DNA of 64,000 bases from a virus. Positions 34,457 through 42,445 of this stretch are shown here, piece after piece. Made by a program: the position numbers and the translations under genes. Location of the stretch: the IMG/VR virus record IMGVR_UViG_3300014613_004232, positions 29,836 through 93,835 of that record. One strand, written 5' to 3'. Within the stretch, counting starts at the first letter, position 1. Every line of letters begins with the position of its first letter. The notes under the pieces were generated by a model, which was not told where the DNA came from, did not search any database, and saw nothing but the letters and a program-made list of their open reading frames with translations.

Positions 34457-36078
34457 GCTGGCACCTTCAGGCCCTTGGCCTTCGCCAGTCGGCGGCCCAG
34501 CCAGTTCACGACGTGGGTGGCCCACGAGTTGCCCAGGGCCTTGTAGCGGGGACCGTCCGGGCACTCGCTGGCGGGCTTGTTGCGCCATGGGATCTGAGTC
34601 CACCCATCAGGAAATCCTTGCAAACGCTCACATTCAGTGGGCGTAAGGCGCCTCACTTGCATGGCAGTCAGAACGTGGGGCTTGTCGCCGCCTCCGCTTG
34701 ATGCCCGCAAGCAGTTCTGCACCTCGTCGCCAAGTTCGGCAGTCGCCCCGCCTTCACGGCCTCGAAGTGCAACAGCCACCGCAAGCTGGCCGCCCCCATT
34801 GCTGTGGGACCCGGCATGGCCCATCGCGCGCATGGTGCTGGCGATCTCGCCAACACCAAACCCGGCCATGCCGCTCGCCTTGCAGTCGAAGGCAATCGCA
34901 GGCGGGTGCGCGCCAGCAGCCAGCGGATGGCAAGGGTCGCCGGGCTTTGGGTTGCTGCGGTTCGTGGCGCTGGTGACCTGGGTGGTGTCGAAGGCGACCG
35001 GCACCAGCGGCGTGCCCCGGCCCGTGCCGTCCTCGCTGGCGTCAAAGCCCTCGCCTCGCAGGGTGTGGGCGGTTTCCTGAACCAGAAAGGTCTCGCTCTC
35101 GAAGTCGCCCTTGTAGCCGCTGCCAGGCTGGGCCAGCAGGGCCGGAGAGATGTCGATGCTGCCGCTGGTGCGGTTGCCACCGAAGGCTACTACTGGACGA
35201 CTGGACTGAGGTTGCTCTCCTCCCCGCACCTCGGGCATTCCGCCGGGGCGAGCGCACGGATCTCGTCCGTCCGACGGAACTTCTCCCCGCATTCCCCGCA
35301 GATAGTGTCCGCTGGCTGGCTGGACATACCCGCTGCAGGCCTCGCCTGTTCCTGGGAAGCCACCGCCGTCAGTGCGACTTGCAAGGGTTCCGGCAGCGTC
35401 TTTCCCCGCTTGTCGGCTCGGCGGAGTATCCCGGCGCACGCCGTCCCACTCAAAAAGAACCGTGGCGGGATCGAACCGGTTTCCAGCACTTGCGACAACG
35501 AACACACGGCGGCGTCGTTGGGCCAGTCCGAAGTATTGGGCGTCCAGGGTCCGCCATGCGATTGCTCGCTTGGGTCCATACACACAACCAGCGTTCGACC
35601 ATTTTTCCCCTGGTGGTTGAAGCGGCTCATCTTCGCCGGCAAGGCCAGCCAAAAAGCACCCGAACGCGTTGTCTTTGGTGCTGAGGACGCCTGGGACGTT
35701 TTCCCAGACGATGTCAGCGGGGTCGAGTCCTGCTCGGACTCGAACATGGTCAATTGCATCTGCCAACTCCACGAACTTGAGGGTGAGGTTGCCTCGGTCA
35801 TCGTCCAGCGACTTGCGCAGGCCAGCGACGCTGAAGGCTTGGCACGGGGTGCCGCCACACAGGAGACCAGGGGCCTTGACTTCGCCCGACAGCACGCGCC
35901 GCGCGATGGTGGTCATGTCGCCCAGGTTGGGCACATGCGGGTAGTGGTGGGCCAGTAGAGCGGCGGGGAATGCCTCGATCTCGGCAAACCATGCAGCCTT
36001 CCAGCCCAGCGGATCCCAAGCGACAGACGCCGCTTCGATTCCGCTGCAAACACTTCCGAACTCCAATTCCAAGTCCAA
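34453..36078 (-). CDS. DNA cytosine-5 methyltransferase with long variable region
   Basis: SVCSGIEA (I), GGTPCQAFS (IV), WENVPG (VI), QRRRRVF (VIII), RRLTPTECERLQGFP (IX), YKALGNS (X). Confidence 0.93.
   Translation of the reverse strand: MDLELEFGSVCSGIEAASVAWDPLGWKAAWFAEIEAFPAALLAHHYPHVPNLGDMTTIARRVLSGEVKAPGLLCGGTPCQAFSVAGLRKSLDDDRGNLTLKFVELADAIDHVRVRAGLDPADIVWENVPGVLSTKDNAFGCFLAGLAGEDEPLQPPGEKWSNAGCVYGPKRAIAWRTLDAQYFGLAQRRRRVFVVASAGNRFDPATVLFEWDGVRRDTPPSRQAGKDAAGTLASRTDGGGFPGTGEACSGYVQPASGHYLRGMRGEVPSDGRDPCARPGGMPEVRGGEQPQSSRPVVAFGGNRTSGSIDISPALLAQPGSGYKGDFESETFLVQETAHTLRGEGFDASEDGTGRGTPLVPVAFDTTQVTSATNRSNPKPGDPCHPLAAGAHPPAIAFDCKASGMAGFGVGEIASTMRAMGHAGSHSNGGGQLAVAVALRGREGGATAELGDEVQNCLRASSGGGDKPHVLTAMQVRRLTPTECERLQGFPDGWTQIPWRNKPASECPDGPRYKALGNSWATHVVNWLGRRLAKAKGLKVPA
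35190..35801 (-). CDS. Nested alternate-frame ORF resembling the M.EcoHK31I beta polypeptide, with C-terminal Zn ribbon
   Basis: SLSQVLETGSIPPRFFLS.TACAGILRRADKRGK.LP..L..AL; CGECG...CPRCG; start codon uncertain. Confidence 0.55.
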   Translation of the reverse strand: MTEATSPSSSWSWQMQLTMFESEQDSTPLTSSGKTSQASSAPKTTRSGAFWLALPAKMSRFNHQGKNGRTLVVCMDPSEQSHGGPWTPNTSDWPNDAAVCSLSQVLETGSIPPRFFLSGTACAGILRRADKRGKTLPEPLQVALTAVASQEQARPAAGMSSQPADTICGECGEKFRRTDEIRALAPAECPRCGEESNLSPVVQ

Positions 36079-36134
36079 GGCAATCTCCTGCTGGTGTTGC
36101 TCGCCACAGGCATGCGGCGGCTCAACGAGGCCGC

Positions 36135-36198
36135 AGATTGCTGCGGTCGCTGTCGGTCAGTCGGGGCCGTTTTCCGAAACGGCTGTACGCCCGTTCAG
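36135..36198 (-). promoter_or_regulatory. Late-type promoter with LexA-type box
   Basis: TTTCGGAAAACG, 29 nt, CAATCT; CTGTACGCCCGTTCAG at 36183-36198. Confidence 0.6.
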
Positions 36199-36458
36199 TG
36201 GCTGACGGGGTGGCGCTCGGTCAGTCGCGCGATGGCCAGGAAGCCTCGAATCAGCACCGGGTGCTCCCTCACGGAGACGTCGATGTCGAAGTCCTGGGCC
36301 TGCCAGGAGTGGCGGCGCTGGATCGACTCGCGCACCAGTTCGGCGGCCTCGTCCTCAGCGTCGCAGGCGTCGACCTCATCGCAGGAGAGGCGGCAGAGGT
36401 AGTGCACCTCCTGCAGCCCCTCATCGAGGGCGATGTGCCCGATGCGGTCGGTGTTCAT
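36195..36458 (-). CDS. Hypothetical acidic protein
   Basis: ATG 36458 coupled to upstream stop. Confidence 0.55.
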   Translation of the reverse strand: MNTDRIGHIALDEGLQEVHYLCRLSCDEVDACDAEDEAAELVRESIQRRHSWQAQDFDIDVSVREHPVLIRGFLAIARLTERHPVSH

Positions 36459-36667
36459 GCCGGGGTCTCCAGCACGGTGAAGCGGGTCACCCTCTCGGGG
36501 TCGATGAAGGAGTGGTCCCACGTAAGGTAGAAGCCCTGGCCGTGCTCGGCATCAGCGTGCTCGGCCAGCCACCACTGCGCGACCTGATGCCCGATGACCG
36601 GGCCCCAGATCAGCAGGTCAACCTCGGCCGGCATGGCATCGGTCAGGTTCTGGGGAAGAGGCTGCAT
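36455..36667 (-). CDS. Hypothetical protein
   Basis: Coupled ORF. Confidence 0.55.
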   Translation of the reverse strand: MQPLPQNLTDAMPAEVDLLIWGPVIGHQVAQWWLAEHADAEHGQGFYLTWDHSFIDPERVTRFTVLETPA

Positions 36668-36669
36668 GG

Positions 36670-36867
36670 TCAGCGACCCTTCGCAGCAGCCCCGGCGCTG
36701 ATCAGTTCCTGCAGGTAGCCGCGCAGGGTTTCAGCGATCTCGGCGCAGGACTCGTCCGCTTCGGGTTCGTGCCCGATGACTTCCACATGCCGGGCGCACA
36801 GCGCCTCGCGGTCGTTCTTGATGTCCTCGATGTCGGACAGATGGGCGCGGGCTTCGATGATGTCCAT
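36670..36867 (-). CDS. Hypothetical protein
   Basis: AAGGAGA RBS, ATG 36867. Confidence 0.6.
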   Translation of the reverse strand: MDIIEARAHLSDIEDIKNDREALCARHVEVIGHEPEADESCAEIAETLRGYLQELISAGAAAKGR

Positions 36868-36902
36868 GGTGTCTCCTTGTGGCCCCTCAAGGCCGGTTGT
36901 GG

Positions 36903-37118
36903 TCAGCCGTGCAGCAGGCCGTAGGCGGTGGCGAAGGAGGACTGGTCTGGGTAAGTCTCTTCTACGCCAATCGCGCCAAAGACTCTGACGCTTCCCCATG
37001 CCTCCACGCACTTCCCGTCATTGAGTGAGCACGCGAAGCGCCCGCCCACGTTGTTCAGGTGGCACATGGCCGAGTAGACGGCCTCGGCCTGAGACTGGTT
37101 GAGGATCTTGTCTGCCAT
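36903..37118 (-). CDS. Hypothetical protein
   Basis: GGAGA RBS, downstream of sigma70 promoter. Confidence 0.6.
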   Translation of the reverse strand: MADKILNQSQAEAVYSAMCHLNNVGGRFACSLNDGKCVEAWGSVRVFGAIGVEETYPDQSSFATAYGLLHG

Positions 37119-37150
37119 GTGATTCTCCGTTTGCGTTGTGCGATTGATTT

Positions 37151-37179
37151 ATTGTGTGCGCACACATTAAATAAGTCAA
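37151..37179 (-). promoter_or_regulatory. Sigma70 promoter with overlapping 14-bp palindrome
   Basis: TTGACT-N17-CACAAT; TGTGTGCGCACACA at 37153-37166; AT-rich. Confidence 0.7.
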
Positions 37180-37203
37180 CACCCTTTTGTGCACCCCGAG
37201 GGA

Positions 37204-38772
37204 TCACGCCGCGACACCTGCGGCGGCGAGCTTGGCCTGCAGGCGCTCCAGCGCAGTCGCGCGTGCTCCGCTGACGGCCTTCGCGCCCGATCCCTCGCTG
37301 ACGATGTAGGCCGCGTCCTCCAGGTAGCCGAAGGACATCGAGTCCCAGATGTCGGGCGACGGCATGCCTTCCCAGGCCTGGGAGCCCTTGGGCTCGATGA
37401 CGAAGCGCGCCTTGTCGTCGAAGTGGTACGGGATGCGGCTGCCCTGGTCCAGCATCTCCGTCTCGTGGCGGGTGTCTGCGAAGGCGTCCTCCGCGATGCT
37501 GAGGAGCCCGTTCTTGGCCGCGCGGGCGATCGACACCTGGGCGTGCGCGCGCTGGTTGAAGAACAGTTCCTTGTGGGACTTCTTCCAGCAGGGATTGCCC
37601 CACAGCACCTTGACCACGTTGGGGATCCCGAGCTCGATCATTCGCTTGATGACGGGCAGGCCCATGCCGCCGCCGTCGACCAGCACGGTCGCATTCGACA
37701 GCGAGCCGGCGATGTTCATCACCTCGGCGATCAGCGCCGTGGGCTGGATGGTGTTGCTGCAGATGGGCACGCGCACCACGTGCATGCGGCGCGGGTCTGG
37801 TTCGTAGTGCGCGCCCTGGCCGGCCACCTTCGAGACGGTGACCACGGACTTGTCGCGGTACTCGCCCGCGCCCACGTCGACCTTGATGAGCCAGCCGAAG
37901 TCCTCGCCCTCGGCGATCACCGGCTTGGCGCCAATGCAGGCCTCCAGGGTGGAGCGGCCGAGCAGTTGGCCTTCCAGGTTCTCCGGGAACAGGCCCCGGA
38001 CCTTGATCATGTACTGGGGGTCTTCGCGGCTGCCGCCGTACTCCTGGACCTTCTCCAGCAGGAAGCCGTCCGACACCAGGGGCGACTCCTCGCTGTTGAA
38101 GGTCAGGTTGACCCAGACGCCGCCCCGGCCCACGCTCAGCTTGTGGTGGGTGTTGAAGAAGAACCCGGTGGGCCTGGTGGGCTGGCTGGCCATCACCATC
38201 CGGTTGTCTTCCTCGGTGAGCGAGCCGGTGATCACGCCGAAGTTGGCGTCGGGGATGCCCGAGGCCTCGTCGGCCAGCCACATCAGGTACTTCCGGTGCT
38301 GACCGGCCAGGGACTCAGGCCGGCCGCGCGGCGCCGTCTTGGGCACGATCCACCAGTTGGCCTGGTAGCCGCGGATGCTCACCTTGGTGGCCTTGACGAT
38401 GATGTGCTCGGCGATCCAGGCGTGCGGGCCCTCCTGCAGCCGGATCATCTGGTCGGCAAACTCCTTCCAGACACCCTCCTGCACGGTCTGCAGCTTGGGC
38501 CCCGTGATGACCGTGTTGCTCTTCTCGTAGCACAGCAGGTGCCACAGCGCGATGATGGAGAAGCCGTTGGTCTTGCCCGTGCCGTGACCGGAGGAGATGG
38601 ACGTGCGCGAGCCCGGCAACTCCACGGCCGCAAACATCGACTCCTGCTGAGGGGTCGGCTCGATGCCGAACACCTCGATGGCGAACCGGTTCAGGTCGTA
38701 GGCGTAGCGCTCGACGAAGGCCGGGTACCGCGGGTCCTGCAGCAGGGATAGCTGCTTTTTCTTGCGGGCCAC
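37204..38772 (-). CDS. pacB: Terminase large subunit, P1 PacB-like
   Basis: SSGHGTGKT (Walker A), LADEASG (Walker B), VDVGAG and SPDIWD nuclease motifs. Confidence 0.9.
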   Translation of the reverse strand: MARKKKQLSLLQDPRYPAFVERYAYDLNRFAIEVFGIEPTPQQESMFAAVELPGSRTSISSGHGTGKTNGFSIIALWHLLCYEKSNTVITGPKLQTVQEGVWKEFADQMIRLQEGPHAWIAEHIIVKATKVSIRGYQANWWIVPKTAPRGRPESLAGQHRKYLMWLADEASGIPDANFGVITGSLTEEDNRMVMASQPTRPTGFFFNTHHKLSVGRGGVWVNLTFNSEESPLVSDGFLLEKVQEYGGSREDPQYMIKVRGLFPENLEGQLLGRSTLEACIGAKPVIAEGEDFGWLIKVDVGAGEYRDKSVVTVSKVAGQGAHYEPDPRRMHVVRVPICSNTIQPTALIAEVMNIAGSLSNATVLVDGGGMGLPVIKRMIELGIPNVVKVLWGNPCWKKSHKELFFNQRAHAQVSIARAAKNGLLSIAEDAFADTRHETEMLDQGSRIPYHFDDKARFVIEPKGSQAWEGMPSPDIWDSMSFGYLEDAAYIVSEGSGAKAVSGARATALERLQAKLAAAGVAA

Positions 38773-39990
38773 TTACGCCTCGCCACCCTCGCCTGAGTCC
38801 GCCTTGGGGCCGAACACCCTGGCCACCCGGCCCTTGACTGCCTCGGCCCTGGCCTTCGCTGCCGCCTTCTTGGTCTCGTAGATGGCGTCCAACTCCGCCG
38901 GCGCGGCGGCCGTGAAGACGGTCTGCTCGTTGTCCGCCTCGAAGAAGCCGACGTGCCGGGCCACCTGCAGCAGGGCGTCATCCCGGTTGCTCAGCTTGAC
39001 CTTGATCCCGTCCTTGCCCTCCTCCACCCCGCCGTACAGGGCCAGCGCCCCCGGGCTCAGGTAGCGGGTGTCCTTGATCACGACCCGGCCATCCCCCTTG
39101 CCGAAACACTCGGGGCACTCCGGGTTGGGCTCCAGGCGGCCATCGAATCCCACCCCGCCCTTCTCGTCAAAGGGAGGCATGTCCTCCATGGCCAGCTTGC
39201 CCCGGCTGCGCAGCACCTTGGACTTCCAGTCTTCCTCGTGCCTGGCTTTGGCCCGCTCCATCTCCGCTGGGGTGAACTGGTACCGGTGCCCATCCCCATG
39301 GCAGTGCCGGCACGGCTCCCGGTGGAACTCGACCAACTCTCGGGGATCGGCCTCCAGCCTGGTCAGATACCGGCGCAGCACCTCATCCTGGTCCACCTCC
39401 ATGCGCTTGATGCGCTCGGCCATCCGCTGGTGAATCGCCGCGGCAACCTTTGGGTTTCTCAGTAGCTTCCACGCCTCGGTGGCGGCCGTGCTTTCCTTGG
39501 CCGTGGGCACAGCCTCCAGGTAAGCGCGGGTCCCGTTGAGGTTCAGGAGGTAGGCGTTGACGAAGATCACCTGCACCGGGGTGAGCCCGGCCATGTGGTC
39601 GACCTCGGGCTGCGCGGGTGGCTCCTCCCCTGGGGGAGCGGGCTGCGCGGGTGCGGCGGGTAGCGCCGATGCGACGGGTCGCGCGGGTGCGGTCGGTGGG
39701 GTGTCGGGCTGCTGGCTTGCTCCCCTGCCCCACTTCTCTCGGTCTGCCCTCTCGGCCGCGCTGCTGTGGTGCGGGGGCTTGGGCAGGCCCATCTCCTGCG
39801 CGGCCTGGGCTGCAGCCTTTGCGGGGCTGAGGGTGTCGGAGGTGGCGTAGATCACCCGCGCACGCGCCCAGAACTCGGGGGTGAATGGCGAACCGCGGGA
39901 CTTCTTGCCCTCCGGTGCGGGGCTCTTGTGCCCGCCCTCTTGCGGTTGCGCGCCCTCTCCTGCGGGCGTTTGTGCGGGATCTTTGCTCAT
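38773..39990 (-). CDS. Terminase small subunit
   Basis: ATG 39990; LTPVQ.IFV..YL.NLNGTRAY (TerS HTH), CRHCHG and CPECFG Zn insert; directly upstream of TerL. Confidence 0.8.
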   Translation of the reverse strand: MSKDPAQTPAGEGAQPQEGGHKSPAPEGKKSRGSPFTPEFWARARVIYATSDTLSPAKAAAQAAQEMGLPKPPHHSSAAERADREKWGRGASQQPDTPPTAPARPVASALPAAPAQPAPPGEEPPAQPEVDHMAGLTPVQVIFVNAYLLNLNGTRAYLEAVPTAKESTAATEAWKLLRNPKVAAAIHQRMAERIKRMEVDQDEVLRRYLTRLEADPRELVEFHREPCRHCHGDGHRYQFTPAEMERAKARHEEDWKSKVLRSRGKLAMEDMPPFDEKGGVGFDGRLEPNPECPECFGKGDGRVVIKDTRYLSPGALALYGGVEEGKDGIKVKLSNRDDALLQVARHVGFFEADNEQTVFTAAAPAELDAIYETKKAAAKARAEAVKGRVARVFGPKADSGEGGEA

Positions 39991-39997
39991 GCCCCGC

Positions 39998-40038
39998 AGA
40001 TTGCGGGCGCGTGCGGGTGCTTGCGGGGTGCGTTTTCC
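39998..40038 (-). promoter_or_regulatory. Putative late promoter (leaderless TerS)
   Basis: AACCGGAAAACG, 29 nt, CAATCT, 7 nt before ATG. Confidence 0.65.
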
Positions 40039-40061
40039 GGTTCGCGGTGGCTGCCCGGCCC

Positions 40062-40766
40062 CTATGCGCTTTCGGCCATCTTCTGCAGGCCGGCCATGAA
40101 CTGCTCCTTGGTCATGGGCAAGACCGCGAACTCGTCCTTCATCTGCAGGCTGACGAAGGGGCGACGCGGTGTCTGGGTTGCCAGGTAGAACAACACCCCG
40201 CCGATGTCGAACACCACGTGCACGCCGGAGCGCTTCCACTTGGCGATGAAGGCGCTGCTGCGGGACGCCCACCGCCCGCCGATGAAGGTGCGACCCTCGT
40301 GGTCGACCTGCTCCCTGCGCCCCCCAAGGCCGAGGCGAAAGGACGTGGCGTGAAAGCCGTTCTCGTCGTGGAGGTGCACCAGCCAGACCATGTGCCCGCG
40401 CGCACCGTAGAACGCCTCCCGCACCCTGGCCATGGGCTCGGGCATTGGAGAGTGCTGCAGTTCGATCGTCACCCCGCGCCCGCCCTTGCCGGCCAGGAAC
40501 ACGTCCGCGCGGTGGCGCTCCCCTGAGGCTGCATCGACCATGGGCACCTCGCGGGCCTCCATGGGGAACTGCTCCTTCCAGGCGAGGTGCCAGGGGCCCT
40601 CACTCTCGCTCCAGGTGTCGCAGTCCTTGCGGGACACGTGGCGCCAATGGGCCCGCTTCTCCAGGGACAGCACCCCCGTGAGTGCGCCCCCACAAAGACG
40701 GCACGTCGTGCGCTCGCCCGAGGCGATGGGTTGCCGTCGCTCGCCGTTGATCCACTCGTAGAACAT
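40062..40766 (-). CDS. CoiA-like PD-(D/E)xK nuclease
   Basis: CRLCG...HWRH....CD.W.ESEG.WH..WK, RADV, IELQHS. Confidence 0.75.
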   Translation of the reverse strand: MFYEWINGERRQPIASGERTTCRLCGGALTGVLSLEKRAHWRHVSRKDCDTWSESEGPWHLAWKEQFPMEAREVPMVDAASGERHRADVFLAGKGGRGVTIELQHSPMPEPMARVREAFYGARGHMVWLVHLHDENGFHATSFRLGLGGRREQVDHEGRTFIGGRWASRSSAFIAKWKRSGVHVVFDIGGVLFYLATQTPRRPFVSLQMKDEFAVLPMTKEQFMAGLQKMAESA

Positions 40767-40819
40767 GCGCCCTCCGCTGTTGTTCGCACATCCTAGCGAG
40801 GGACTTTGGTACCGGATTG

Positions 40820-40851
40820 CAAGGGGCTCGGAAGGGGCTTCGAAGGGCCTT
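40820..40851. repeat. Three 11-bp iteron-like repeats
   Basis: CAAGGGGCTCG GAAGGGGCTTC GAAGGGCCTT, same unit as within the initiator gene. Confidence 0.7.
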
Positions 40852-41104
40852 ATTCAGTGGGTATCAAGTCCCTTGCAAGTACCTCATCGACCACTTCCAC
40901 GCTCGACACCTCGGGAAGGACTACTGCCCGCGCCCCGGTACCAGCCAGCAGGTCGCCCACGATGCGGCGCATGCGCTCTGCCTTCTGCTTGCCCATGGCG
41001 TGGGTGGTCCTGATGATCACGACGTCGCCCGGCTTGGGCTGCAGGACGGTGATGGCGGCGGCCATGCCCAGGGGGCCCTGGTCGTTGTCTTGGATGGTGG
41101 TCAT
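40850..41104 (-). CDS. Hypothetical protein
   Basis: ATG 41104 coupled; LQPKPGDVVII. Confidence 0.55.
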   Translation of the reverse strand: MTTIQDNDQGPLGMAAAITVLQPKPGDVVIIRTTHAMGKQKAERMRRIVGDLLAGTGARAVVLPEVSSVEVVDEVLARDLIPTE

Positions 41105-41298
41105 CGCTTGAGGTCCAGACTCATCTGGCGCGGGTCGGTCTCGGGCTGCTTGATCGCAGGCGAGAAGATACCCCGCAGCTTCGGGTTGAGGAGCCCGGCC
41201 TTGACGGCACAAACCCGGCCCCATCCTTGTGGGCCCAGGGCAGTGTCGACGACCTTGGCGGGGTTGGTGAGCGGGCGCTCGCAGCGTATGCACTTCAT
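41101..41298 (-). CDS. Small Zn-binding protein (DUF6011-like)
   Basis: CIRCERPLT.P...G.G.VCA. Confidence 0.55.
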   Translation of the reverse strand: MKCIRCERPLTNPAKVVDTALGPQGWGRVCAVKAGLLNPKLRGIFSPAIKQPETDPRQMSLDLKR

Positions 41299-41353
41299 GG
41301 GATGTGTGACGGGTTACCGGGGAAGTGGCCTGCGTGAGGTGTTTAAGCGCAGA

Positions 41354-41369
41354 CTGAACGAATCAACAG
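41354..41369. promoter_or_regulatory. LexA-type box upstream of moron
   Basis: CTGAACGAATCAACAG (CTG-N10-CAG) in AT-rich promoter region. Confidence 0.5.
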
Positions 41370-41414
41370 TTACGATTGCCGCTCTCTTTTCAGCCAACAA
41401 CCTTAGGAGGACAT

Positions 41415-41699
41415 ATGGCAGTGACCGTGAAAGACCTGAACGCGACGATCGAACTGAAGAACAAGGGCATGGAGCTCGAAATCCGCAACCCAAAGGGCGA
41501 GCACCAGGGTGATGTGGTGATGACCAAGTCGGGCGTCACCTGGTGCAAGGGCAAGACCAAGCCCGCGAACGGCGTCAAGCTCTCCTGGGAAAAGTTCGCT
41601 GAGCTGATGGAAGGCCAAGCCCCCGCGAAGAAGCCGGCAGCCAAGAAGACGGCTGCAGCCAAGAAGGCCCCGGCCGCCAAGAAGGCCAAGCCCGACTGA
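41415..41699 (+). CDS. Moron-like small protein with histone-H1-like AKK tail
   Basis: TAGGAGG RBS; opposite strand to neighbours; PAKKPAAKKTAAAKKAPAAKKAK. Confidence 0.8.
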   Translation: MAVTVKDLNATIELKNKGMELEIRNPKGEHQGDVVMTKSGVTWCKGKTKPANGVKLSWEKFAELMEGQAPAKKPAAKKTAAAKKAPAAKKAKPD

Positions 41700-41705
41700 T
41701 CGACA

Positions 41706-42110
41706 TCACGCGCGCTCCCCTGGGAACAGTTCAACCTGCTGCTGGGCGGGGTCGCGCCGCTTCATCTCAGCCCGAGCGCTGGCGCGCCACCTGGTGCGCA
41801 TGGCCTCGGCCTCAAGCCCGGTGATCTCCCGCCGTCGATCGCCGCGGTCGTGCCCGGGGCAGTAGTCGATGCTGTCGTGGAACCTTGGCCCATTCCTCAA
41901 CCGCACGAACATGCCGCCCGCCGGCGTGGCGCAGGCCCGGCACAGCGAGGTGTCGCAGGTGTGCACGGCCCGGTACCGGATGGGGACCTCTCCGCTCTTG
42001 AGCAGCAGGAGGTTCGGGGCCTCCGCCTGCATCTTGCCGCGCATGCGCTCCCAGCCCAGCCAGGAGTCGCACAGCAGTTCGGCCTTGCCGCCGCAGAAAG
42101 CGCACTTCAT
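41706..42110 (-). CDS. Cys-rich hypothetical protein
   Basis: CAFCG....LCD...TCD..LC..C...DYCP.H. Confidence 0.65.
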   Translation of the reverse strand: MKCAFCGGKAELLCDSWLGWERMRGKMQAEAPNLLLLKSGEVPIRYRAVHTCDTSLCRACATPAGGMFVRLRNGPRFHDSIDYCPGHDRGDRRREITGLEAEAMRTRWRASARAEMKRRDPAQQQVELFPGERA

Positions 42111-42445
42111 GACGCACCCTTCGGCCTGACCACCACCGGCGCGCCGTAGCTGGCGGATCCAGAGATGACGCGGTAGTGCTGGCCAGCGATGTGCTCGACG
42201 ACGCACAGCGCGGGGGGATCCCAGACGCACACGTCTCCGGCCAGGCGCTTTCCCTGGTCCTTCCAGGCATTCCAGGCCTTCCAGAACGGGGAGCGCTCGC
42301 CGGGCTGCTTGGGGTCGGGTTCGCCTCCCGCCTCTTTGAGGACGATGGGGCCGAAGCGGGGGTGATCCTCGAAGACCCATGTCTTGCCCTGGGCGTCGGT
42401 GATCGTGCGGTCTGGCCCGCCCACCGAGATGTGGATGAGCCTCAT
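42107..42445 (-). CDS. Hypothetical protein
   Basis: WVFEDHPRFGP; coupled. Confidence 0.6.
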   Translation of the reverse strand: MRLIHISVGGPDRTITDAQGKTWVFEDHPRFGPIVLKEAGGEPDPKQPGERSPFWKAWNAWKDQGKRLAGDVCVWDPPALCVVEHIAGQHYRVISGSASYGAPVVVRPKGAS

